Of a stretch of DNA of 64,000 nt, positions 9,615 through 17,787 are shown in pieces. The stretch comes from an uncultured candidate division Zixibacteria bacterium (GTDB lineage Bacteria > Zixibacteria > MSB-5A5 > GN15 > PGXB01): NCBI GenBank assembly GCA_963702205.1, contig OY969724.1, positions 384,001 to 448,000 of the forward strand, given 5' to 3'. The translations under genes and the position numbers were made by a program. Every line of letters starts with the position of its first letter. Position 1 is the first letter of the stretch. The notes beneath the pieces are model-generated. The model was given only the letters and a program-made list of their open reading frames with translations, ran no database searches and was not told where the DNA came from.

Positions 9615-10697
9615 ATGCCTAAAATCGATCAGCTCCTGAAAATAGTCACCGCCGCCAGCGCTTCCGATTTGCACATGGCCGCCGGTTCGGTGCCAATGAT
9701 CCGCATCAACGGCACGCTCCAGAAAACCCGCCACCGCCACCTCTCCGATGAAGACATCAAACAGCTGGTTTATGAGCTTCTCACCGACGAGCAGATTCGC
9801 ACCTTCGAAAAAGGCGGGGATTTCGACTTCGCCTACAGCGTCCCCGGCGGGCAGCGCTTCCGTTTCAACGTCTACCGCACGCAGCCCGGCATCGCGGTCG
9901 CCATCAGGGTTATACCGTCGCAGATTCTCAGCCTCGGCGCCCTCGGTTTTTCCGAACACGTCTCCAAACTGGCCGAACTGAAATCCGGTTTGGTTCTCGT
10001 TACCGGTCCGACCAACTCCGGCAAAACCACGACTCTTGCGGCGATGGTCGATCATATCAATACGAACTCGTTCAAGCATATTATAACGCTCGAAGACCCG
10101 ATCGAATACGTCCACCAGAACAAGAACTGCCTGATTTCCCAGCGACAAATGGGCCTGCACTCGTCGTCTTTCGCCGCCGCCCTCAAGGCGGCCCTGCGCG
10201 AGGACCCCGACGTTATCCTCGTCGGCGAGATGCGCGACCTCGAAACCATTTCGCTGGCGGTATCCGCCGCCGAAATCGGGCTGCTCGTCATGGGCACGCT
10301 GCACACGTCGACCGCCGCCGCCACCGTCGACCGCATCCTCGACGTCTTCCCCTCCGACCAGCAGGCTCAGATTCGAATCATGCTGGCCGAATCGCTGGCC
10401 GGGATCGTCTCGCAGCAGCTTTTGAAGAAAGCCGACGGCCACGGCCGGACGGTTGCCTATGAATTCATGGTTAAAACGACGTCGATTTCGAGCCTGATCC
10501 GCGAGGGCAAGACTTACCAGATTCCGACCGCTATTCAGACCGGTAACCGCAAGGGCATGCGCCTGCTCGACGCCCATCTCAAGGCGTTGGTCGAAACCGG
10601 TCAGGTGTCGCTCAAAGAAGCCATGCGCTGCGCCGCCGACCCGGTCAAGCTGTCCGATCATTTTCCAAAAGAATCTCCCGCACCGGTTGAGGTATAG
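9615..10697 (+). CDS. pilT: PilT/PilU-family type IV pilus retraction ATPase
   Basis: ASDLH, Walker A GPTNSGKTT, TLEDPIEY, ALREDPDVILVGEMRD, GTLHT, and SISSLIREGK as an AIRNLIRE variant. Confidence 0.9.
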   Translation: MPKIDQLLKIVTAASASDLHMAAGSVPMIRINGTLQKTRHRHLSDEDIKQLVYELLTDEQIRTFEKGGDFDFAYSVPGGQRFRFNVYRTQPGIAVAIRVIPSQILSLGALGFSEHVSKLAELKSGLVLVTGPTNSGKTTTLAAMVDHINTNSFKHIITLEDPIEYVHQNKNCLISQRQMGLHSSSFAAALKAALREDPDVILVGEMRDLETISLAVSAAEIGLLVMGTLHTSTAAATVDRILDVFPSDQQAQIRIMLAESLAGIVSQQLLKKADGHGRTVAYEFMVKTTSISSLIREGKTYQIPTAIQTGNRKGMRLLDAHLKALVETGQVSLKEAMRCAADPVKLSDHFPKESPAPVEV

Positions 10698-12839
10698 ATG
10701 GCCAAGCAGACGTCAAGATTGCGGCTGGATGAAATTCTTATCCAGGAAGGACTGATCACCGAGGAAGAGATCAAGGAAGCTCTTCTGCGCCAAAAAGCCC
10801 ACGGTGGGAAATTCGGGTCGCAGCTTTTATATCACCGCTATATCGACGAGGCCTCTCTGGTCAAGGCGCTGGCCAAACAGCTCGACTGCGAATATGTCGT
10901 CCTGTCAAAGTACGATATCAATGAATATCTGGTCGAGATGATTCCGCAAAAGGTCGCCATCGCCCGCAAAGTTATGCCGTTCGATTATGACATCGACAAC
11001 AACATTCTCAAGGTCGCGTGCACCGACCCCAATGACACGAATCTGTACAACGAACTTAATTTCGTAACCCACGGCAAAGATGTGCGATTGTACGTCGCCG
11101 CCGAACTCGTCATTAATACCGCCATCGCCAAATACTATCTCGGCGAGGACGTCTCTCTCGAAGACAACCTCCTGCTCGAAATTCCCGACATCACCACGGA
11201 CACCGGCAAGACGCCGATAATCCAGGAAGAAGACAAACCCGAAGAAGTCGTCGACGACCGCCGCGCCATTTTGATCGTCTCCGATGAAACGTACGCCGTC
11301 CCGATGATGCAATCGCTGTTCGAGCGCGATAACTTCCGCGTCGTGGTGCTCGACGACGCCGACACTGCAATTGAAATTCTCGACGAGACTCGCTTTCACG
11401 CCGTCCTCATCAAAGACACGGTTTCCGGAGATTATCTCGATCTTATCGACCGCATCCGCAAAAGCTCGCCGCAGACGCTGGTGCGCTACTATGAATCGGT
11501 ATCATCGCTCTTTTTGCACCGCGATACGTTCAACAACGAATCCGAACTGTTTTTAAAAAATCTCGACCTGTTCACGTCGGTTCTGTCGTCGCACTCTAAG
11601 TCACACGAAAACCACGCCGGGCGGGTGGGGCAGTACGTCGACCGTCTCTGCCGACGGCTCAAGCTGCCGACCCGTGACCGTCTGAAAATAGTCAACGCCG
11701 CGTATCTTCACGATCTCGCGCGCTATTATTACAGTTCCGATGAAGCCTCCGACGGCCGCGCCGTGGTCGATCTGACCGTCAAGCTGCTGTCTTCGCTGAA
11801 CTATTCACCGGTCATCGAAGAAATGCTCCGGCGCATGTACTTCGACCTGAAAGGCAAGTTCACCAAGCGCCTTCCGATCGAAGTGCTCGGCGGAAACATC
11901 GTCACCATCGCCGATCTGTACTGCGAGAGTACCGAGCCGGGCGAAAAGCTCCCGCTCGACAAATTCGACGCCATCAAACGCAAGCTGCGCGACATGGCCG
12001 GGCGCGTCTTTCTGCCCGAAGTGGTCGAGGCGTTCATCGACATGATGCAAAACGAAATCCTCACCCAGCACACCGAACAGAACCTCGGACAGATCATGAT
12101 CTACGCCGAGCAGCTGCGCCTGTTGCAGCCGCTGGAACTCCGGCTCAAAAACGAGGGTTACCGGACTCTGTCGCAAAGCTCGACCGGCGCTTTCGCCGAA
12201 CTCTGCCACCGCAGTCGACCCGATTTGATCATTCTTGTCGCTCCCGGCGACAAAGAGACCGTGCACAATCTGGTCAACACCCTCATAAATGAAGGCGTTC
12301 CGCTTGCGGACATCCCCACGTTTCTTCTCAATGACGATCAGTCGCAAATCCCGGAATTGACCGGTCTGCTGGAGAAAGGCATCGAGGATATAATCGCCAT
12401 CGGCAACAACCTCGACCTGCTCGTCACCAAGATCAACAAGCTTCGCGAAAAACTCCGCGAAAAGGAAGACACGGCGCAACGGCTCGAAAAACAGCAGGGT
12501 GCGCACGGGCGTCTGGCTGACATGAACCTGATCGACCTCCTTCAGGCGCTGGGTCCGTCGCGCAAGACCGTCAAGATAACCGTCCTGCCTTCTGATGACG
12601 ACGCCGACTTGCTGACGCTGTACTTATTACAGGGACAGATTACGTACGCGGGATTTAAAGACCTGCACGGCCCGGAAGCCGTATATGAAGGACTGACATG
12701 GACCGACGGGACGTGGCGTATCGAGCCTATTACCGACGATGATATTCCCGAAACCAATAATGATCTTCCCAATGAATCGCTTCTGATGGAAGGCTGTCGC
12801 CTGATCGACGAAAAAATCCGCTCCGGCAAATTGTTGTAA
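10698..12839 (+). CDS. Multidomain regulator: MshEN (GspE/PilB N-terminal) + REC-like + degenerate HD(-GYP)-like + REC-like + DUF4388 (PatA_N)
   Basis: RLDEILIQEGLITEEEIKEALLRQ and VACTDP (MshEN); HAGRVGQY...AAYLHDL (HD-like, no GYP motif seen); C-terminal GRLADMNLIDLLQAL..SRKT..I...GQITYA...GPEAVY.L.W (DUF4388). No Walker A motif. Confidence 0.75.
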   Translation: MAKQTSRLRLDEILIQEGLITEEEIKEALLRQKAHGGKFGSQLLYHRYIDEASLVKALAKQLDCEYVVLSKYDINEYLVEMIPQKVAIARKVMPFDYDIDNNILKVACTDPNDTNLYNELNFVTHGKDVRLYVAAELVINTAIAKYYLGEDVSLEDNLLLEIPDITTDTGKTPIIQEEDKPEEVVDDRRAILIVSDETYAVPMMQSLFERDNFRVVVLDDADTAIEILDETRFHAVLIKDTVSGDYLDLIDRIRKSSPQTLVRYYESVSSLFLHRDTFNNESELFLKNLDLFTSVLSSHSKSHENHAGRVGQYVDRLCRRLKLPTRDRLKIVNAAYLHDLARYYYSSDEASDGRAVVDLTVKLLSSLNYSPVIEEMLRRMYFDLKGKFTKRLPIEVLGGNIVTIADLYCESTEPGEKLPLDKFDAIKRKLRDMAGRVFLPEVVEAFIDMMQNEILTQHTEQNLGQIMIYAEQLRLLQPLELRLKNEGYRTLSQSSTGAFAELCHRSRPDLIILVAPGDKETVHNLVNTLINEGVPLADIPTFLLNDDQSQIPELTGLLEKGIEDIIAIGNNLDLLVTKINKLREKLREKEDTAQRLEKQQGAHGRLADMNLIDLLQALGPSRKTVKITVLPSDDDADLLTLYLLQGQITYAGFKDLHGPEAVYEGLTWTDGTWRIEPITDDDIPETNNDLPNESLLMEGCRLIDEKIRSGKLL

Positions 12840-12855
12840 TTAATTTCCTATTTTT

Positions 12856-13363
12856 GTAGGTCACGCCGACTCGAGGCGTGACACCTTTCATTAACGCGTC
12901 CTTCAATGTCATTCCCGACCTGATCGGGAATCCATCTTCGTAAAGTCTTCCCACTCCAAACAAGTTTGGAGTGGCCACCCAATCGTACGTTGTGATCGGT
13001 AGGTCCTCAGACCTGCCGCAAACCCGGTCGATCTGAGGATCGACCGGCCACAACGCGTCATTACCCCAAAGCACCCAACAAATTCACTACCGACTTTGTA
13101 TTTCTGCTCCCCAAAAAAACGCAAATTCGGCCCGTTTTGGCATAGATAATCATGTATCAGCGCGTGAGTTACAAGAAATTGGCTTTGGTCGTACCATTTT
13201 TTAAATTTCTCCCCTGAAGCCGTTTTTTGCTGCGCACTATTTCCCGTTATTTATGGCGTACTTATAGGCCTTTATATAAGGGGATAGAGTGAAACACCAT
13301 CGGGTTGGTAGTGGAAATGATGGCGAAGTCCAAGATGTCACGCCCCAAGTGGGCATGACCTAC
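12856..13363. repeat. Cluster of REP-like palindromes bounded by an inverted pair of GTAG-type REPs
   Basis: 12856-12885 GTAGGTCACGCCGACTCGAGGCGTGACACC and the reverse complement of 13334-13363 GTAGGTCATGCCCACTTGGGGCGTGACATC match at 25/30. Additional hairpins at 12908-12933, 12951-12980 and 13024-13051. Confidence 0.75.
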
Positions 13364-13370
13364 CGAGACT

Positions 13371-13862
13371 TCACCGTGCGATCCCAGGAGATATGTTATC
13401 TTTTTTTGTTGCGAGTCTAGGTGGTGATGTTTTTGAATCCAAGATGGTAATCCAAACAAATTCTTCAAAACCGTTATTCGGATTATAGTTGTACGTTGCA
13501 ACTTGGTGAATCATCTGGGAGTCAGTCATTGGAAATGCGACAGGTGTTTCTGATTTATTATCAAAAAACATTACTTGCACTGGTCCAATGATCTTACCTT
13601 TCTGTCCAACTATAGCTTGTAATATTTGAGCCATGAGAATACGATCATGAGCTATATCGGGTTCCACATATACAAACTTAATATTGCCCTGGCTGCTAAC
13701 CAATTTCCAGTGTTTTACTGATGTTTTATCAGTACCTTGCGAGATTGCAGAGCCAGTATCCGGATTCTTTTGACTTTGCGATTTACCATTACAAGAAATC
13801 AATAATGGGAACGGAATCAAACAAATAATCGCTACATTTAAGATCTTCGTTAATAGTTTCAT
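13371..13862 (-). CDS. Hypothetical lipoprotein (AT-rich accessory gene)
   Basis: MKLLTKILNVAIICLIPFPLLISC signal peptide with lipobox-like LISC; AAGGA RBS upstream; visibly more AT-rich than the flanks. Confidence 0.7.
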   Translation of the reverse strand: MKLLTKILNVAIICLIPFPLLISCNGKSQSQKNPDTGSAISQGTDKTSVKHWKLVSSQGNIKFVYVEPDIAHDRILMAQILQAIVGQKGKIIGPVQVMFFDNKSETPVAFPMTDSQMIHQVATYNYNPNNGFEEFVWITILDSKTSPPRLATKKDNISPGIAR

Positions 13863-14180
13863 TTCGCTATTCCTTGAATTAAACGAATATTTTTATTCAC
13901 ATTCCACCACAGGTGCCAGCCGCGGCGGAATATTATACAAATATACTATCAGGTATAATATATCTATCAAATTCACGGTGATATCACCATTAGCATCATC
14001 AGCATATATGGGGTTTGGCAGGCCACCAACAAACACCTAAACTATATTCATTTCCGATCCCTCCGGAAAAAGAGAATGTAAATTTTGAAAGCGCCCTTAA
14101 GACAATCTCAATCTACCACAAATGCCTATCCTGTCAAGGACTTATTGGTTTTGACATACCATCGTCGGGGCTCAATTTTA

Positions 14181-14619
14181 TTGATTGCTTGTATGAAATC
14201 GACCACCCGTTGGGTGGGCTACAAGATTGAAGTTCGGCAGGAAAGGGTTCCTGCCGCCGCAGCAAAAAGGTCGCCAAGGTCTTATATATTGATTGCTTGT
14301 ATGAAATCAACCACCCGTTGGGTGGGCTACAAGATTGAAGATCGGCAGAAAAGGGTTCCTGCCGCCGCAGAGAAAAGGTCGCCAAGGTTCTTATATATTG
14401 ATTGCTCGTATGAAATCAACCACCCGTTGGGTGGGCTACAAGATTGAAGATCGGCAGGAAAGGGTTCCTGCCGCCGCAGAGAAAAGGTCGCCAAGGTTCT
14501 TATATATTGATTGCTCGTATGAAATCAACCACCCGTTGGGTGGGTTACAGGATTGCCTGCCACCGCAGGAAAGATTGCCAATGAGATATAAAGAATCCCG
14601 ACGTAGAATGTCGGGCCAC
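14181..14619. repeat. Tandem array of 108-109 bp units (about 3.4 copies), each with two REP-like hairpins (BIME-like)
   Basis: Units start at 14181, 14289, 14398 and 14507 (TTGATTGC...). Each full unit has CCACCC-gtt-GGGTGG-gCTAC (GTAG REP on the minus strand) and CGGCAGGAA-aggg-TTCCTGCCG. A further hairpin lies at 14597-14619. Confidence 0.92.
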
Positions 14620-14668
14620 CGGGCCTATCTGGAAATTATACAAGGGAAAAGGACGACTTGATTCCGGC

Positions 14669-15973
14669 TCAGCCGTCGGCGCGGGAGAGGATGGTGACAC
14701 CAATGATAAATCCGAACACACCGACGCCGACCAGAACAGCCATCGGCAGGATCATGTCGATCAAGTTGAAACCGCGCCAGATCGAACCCTCCAGCGCCAG
14801 GATGCCCCACTTGACCGGGCTGATGTCGCTGACGATTTTCATCCACGACGGCATAAACATCAGCGGGATCATCCCGCCGCCGAGCATCGACATAACGAGC
14901 ATGATCGCCCAGCCGCCGCCCGACACCGAGGCCTCGGTCTTGCCGAGCACGCTGATCATCATCATGATGCCGACAAAACAGATCGCGCTCGCCACCACCG
15001 CCAGAAGCAGATTTGTCCACGATGCCACCCCGACCCCGAAAATAAGAACGCCGATGGCCATAAGTACAATACATACTCCGACGCACGCAATAAAGCAGGC
15101 CAGGCCCTTCCCGGCCAGCACCTGCATCCGGCTGATCGGAGCGATACGAAGTCTCAAAAATGTCCCGCGCGTCCGCTCGATTACGATTGAAAGCGAAAAC
15201 GCCGCCGCCGTGGCGATCAGCGCCCACATCAGCGCCTGCGGGAAAGTTATATCGAACGACGAACGCGGACCGGCCCGTGTCTCCTCGACGGCATCGAAAT
15301 CTATGTCGAGCCCGGAAAATGGCGAATTGTTCGTGACCGCGGTGTTGTCGGTTGTACTATCCGGAGTTCGCGCTCCAGCTGAATCCATCTGCTCCACCGA
15401 CCCGAGGAGTTTGTCGAGATTGTTGAGATAATTACCGTACGACTTATTCACCTTGCCCGCTCCAGTCGTATCGAGTTCCTGCCGCTGCTCTTTCAAAAAG
15501 CTGCGCCAGCCGTTGAGATCGGTGAAGCTGCTCTGCAGGCGCATGAAGTACGCCTGGTTGATCAAACCGTCGAGATACCCCGACTCCGCTTTACGCGACG
15601 GATCGATCCCGACTTTGATGTGCGGTTTTTTGCCGGTGAAAATATCAAAAGTCGATTTGGAGGAATCGAAATACTGTACGAACGCCACCAGCTTGCCCCG
15701 CGCCACCAGCGGCCGGGCCGAATCGAGCGGCATCGGCGTTATGTCGAGCACGTCGGATTTGGCGAGCTGATCGTAGAACGCCTGCACCGACGGGTTCATA
15801 TTATCGGTTATGACGGCGATCTTCATGGACCCGGCGGTACTGCCCGACCCGGAAAAGATCGACCCGAAAAACAGCGCGATCAGAAGCGGGAAACCCATGA
15901 CCCAGAAAAAGCCGACGCGGTCGCGCCAGAGCAGCTTGAGGTCTTTTATGGCAAGGTGTACTATCGAGCCCAT
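14669..15973 (-). CDS. ABC-2 family transporter permease with large extracytoplasmic loop
   Basis: KDLKLLWRDR, IVIERTRGTFLRLRIAP and GGGMIPLMFMPSWM..ISPVKW motifs. Confidence 0.9.
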   Translation of the reverse strand: MGSIVHLAIKDLKLLWRDRVGFFWVMGFPLLIALFFGSIFSGSGSTAGSMKIAVITDNMNPSVQAFYDQLAKSDVLDITPMPLDSARPLVARGKLVAFVQYFDSSKSTFDIFTGKKPHIKVGIDPSRKAESGYLDGLINQAYFMRLQSSFTDLNGWRSFLKEQRQELDTTGAGKVNKSYGNYLNNLDKLLGSVEQMDSAGARTPDSTTDNTAVTNNSPFSGLDIDFDAVEETRAGPRSSFDITFPQALMWALIATAAAFSLSIVIERTRGTFLRLRIAPISRMQVLAGKGLACFIACVGVCIVLMAIGVLIFGVGVASWTNLLLAVVASAICFVGIMMMISVLGKTEASVSGGGWAIMLVMSMLGGGMIPLMFMPSWMKIVSDISPVKWGILALEGSIWRGFNLIDMILPMAVLVGVGVFGFIIGVTILSRADG

Positions 15974-16863
15974 CAGTCGCGCAACCTCCGTCCGGTAAGG
16001 TTCAAAAAGACTTTTTCGAGGTCCGGCCGGTCGACCCGAAGCGATTTGTACTTAATCCCGGCGTCGGCCAGCGTGGCGATGTCCTGAAGCGGCTGCGATG
16101 ATTCGAACGACAGCAGGTTGCCCTCGAGCTCGGCCGGGAGTTCGATACCGTCGGGCAGCGGCAACTGCACTTCGGTACTTACGATGGCTTTGCCGCCGTG
16201 CGCGTCGATGAGGTCATCAACGGTCCCGTCGGCCAGAATTTTGCCGTGGTCGATGATCGCCACCCGGTCGCACAACCGCTGCGCTTCTTCCATGTAGTGG
16301 GTGGTATACACGATCGTACGGCCCTCTTTTTTGAGCATTTCGATTTTGTCGAAAATCATATTGCGCGACTGGGGATCGACTCCGACCGTCGGTTCATCGA
16401 GCAGCAAAATCGGCGGATCGTGCACGAGGCCACAGGCCAGGTTGAGACGGCGTTTCATACCACCGGAGTATTTTTTAACGCGGTCGTCTTTGCGGTCTTT
16501 TAAACCGGCCAGTTCCAGACACCAGTCAACTCTCTGCTTCAGACGACTGCCGGAAATGCCGTACAGCTTTCCGAAGAATGCGAGGTTTTCTTCGGCGCTA
16601 AGTTCTTCGTAGATAGCCAGCGACTGTGGGGCGGCTCCTATTTCGCGGCGCAGACGAGGACGAGTTGGGTCGTTTTCGCCGTTTATTGCAACCGAGCCTC
16701 CATCGGGATTGAGAACACCGATCATAAGCCCGATAGTCGTGCTCTTCCCGGCTCCGTTCGGCCCCAGCAGACCAAAAATCTGATTGTCGGAAATATCGAA
16801 AGAAATATCATCGACCGCTTTGACGGCGCCGAAAGCTTTTTGAAGGTTGGTTACTCGGATCAT
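15973..16863 (-). CDS. ABC transporter ATP-binding protein (DrrA-like)
   Basis: GPNGAGKST, YSGGMKRR, LLLDEPTVGVDP, TTHYMEEA; overlaps the permease start (TGATG). Confidence 0.95.
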   Translation of the reverse strand: MIRVTNLQKAFGAVKAVDDISFDISDNQIFGLLGPNGAGKSTTIGLMIGVLNPDGGSVAINGENDPTRPRLRREIGAAPQSLAIYEELSAEENLAFFGKLYGISGSRLKQRVDWCLELAGLKDRKDDRVKKYSGGMKRRLNLACGLVHDPPILLLDEPTVGVDPQSRNMIFDKIEMLKKEGRTIVYTTHYMEEAQRLCDRVAIIDHGKILADGTVDDLIDAHGGKAIVSTEVQLPLPDGIELPAELEGNLLSFESSQPLQDIATLADAGIKYKSLRVDRPDLEKVFLNLTGRRLRD

Positions 16864-17037
16864 TGCAAATTACTACGCCTGAAAAATCTCCGTGTTTCAA
16901 TTCGAAACATAATAAATACACGATGTGAGCGCAATGTTTGGCGAGATTTATATTTCCGGCGACATTCCGGCCCGAATCAAACATTTTGCGATTCTTCCGA
17001 TAATAGATATAAAGAAAACCCGTTGTCGGAAAACAAG

Positions 17038-17787
17038 ATGGAAGACACAAAACGGCTTCGGGCGGGATATACTTTTGTCGAGGTTATCGTCGTCATTATT
17101 ATTATAGGCATTCTGGCGGCGGTCGCGACCAGGACAATCGGATCGGCTGCCAATTTATCCCGCTTCGAAAAAACGCGCGAAATCATGAACAACCTGGCCC
17201 GGGCCACGGCCGGTGATCCCGCTTTGAAATCGGGCGGGGTTCGCACCGATTTTGGATACATCGGCGACGTCGGTGCCCTGCCGACCGGTTGGGATGATCT
17301 GGTCACCAATCCCGGCGGCTATGCAACATGGAGAGGACCGTACATCAGGGATAAATTCTCCACGGGCAGCGGTAATGATTATTTCAAGCGCGACGCCTGG
17401 GGCAAGGCGATTTCGTCACCGTCGGCGAACTTCTCGTCGACCGGTGGCCCGGAGACGCTTACCCGCGAGATCGCCGGTTCGGTCGACAATCTGCTCTACA
17501 ACCGCGTCACGATCGCCCTGACCGACCTCGGATTTACGCCTCCCGGCGACGATTACAAAGACTCGGTACGAATCGTACTTACCTATCCGAACGGCACCGG
17601 CGGGTACCGTACTCGTACCGTCAATCCCGACGCCAATGGCTCGGCCGTTTTCGATTCCATTCCGATCGGCATTCACACGCTGCAGATGGTGTACATTCCC
17701 GACAACGACACCCTGACCCGCAAGATCAATATCAATCCGGGACAGAGCTATTACACGGAAATACAATTTTATTCCGACTTATGGTAA
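17038..17787 (+). CDS. Prepilin-like protein 1 (type IV/T2SS N-terminal cleavage motif, GspG-like head, beta-sandwich stalk)
   Basis: G|YTFVEVIVVIIIIGILAAVA; RTDFGYIGDVGALP...TWRGPYI...DAW; ends SDLW. Start taken at ATG 17038. Confidence 0.85.
   Translation: MEDTKRLRAGYTFVEVIVVIIIIGILAAVATRTIGSAANLSRFEKTREIMNNLARATAGDPALKSGGVRTDFGYIGDVGALPTGWDDLVTNPGGYATWRGPYIRDKFSTGSGNDYFKRDAWGKAISSPSANFSSTGGPETLTREIAGSVDNLLYNRVTIALTDLGFTPPGDDYKDSVRIVLTYPNGTGGYRTRTVNPDANGSAVFDSIPIGIHTLQMVYIPDNDTLTRKININPGQSYYTEIQFYSDLW

Noticed and set aside
9153..10661. 502-aa minus-strand ORF and similar long antisense ORFs (26631-27758, 26938-27825, 36798-37790, 37891-38751, 39802-40806, 46169-47044)
   Set aside because: Antisense shadows of well-supported high-GC genes, with no recognisable motifs.
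13913..13930. GTGCCAGCCGCGG resembling the 16S rRNA 515 region
   Set aside because: It lacks three bases of the motif and has no surrounding rRNA similarity, so it is a chance match.
14181..14560. Possible CRISPR array
   Set aside because: Whole 108-109 bp units are near-identical, there are no unique spacers, and no cas genes are in the window.
14015..14661. Short ORFs across the tandem array
   Set aside because: They are repetitive translations of the non-coding repeat and shift frame between units.
16840..17037. Long N-terminal extensions in the ORF track (also for suhB, 33903, 37919, 53200, 54594)
   Set aside because: They overlap neighbouring genes or promoters, and downstream starts fit the family N-termini and RBS positions better.
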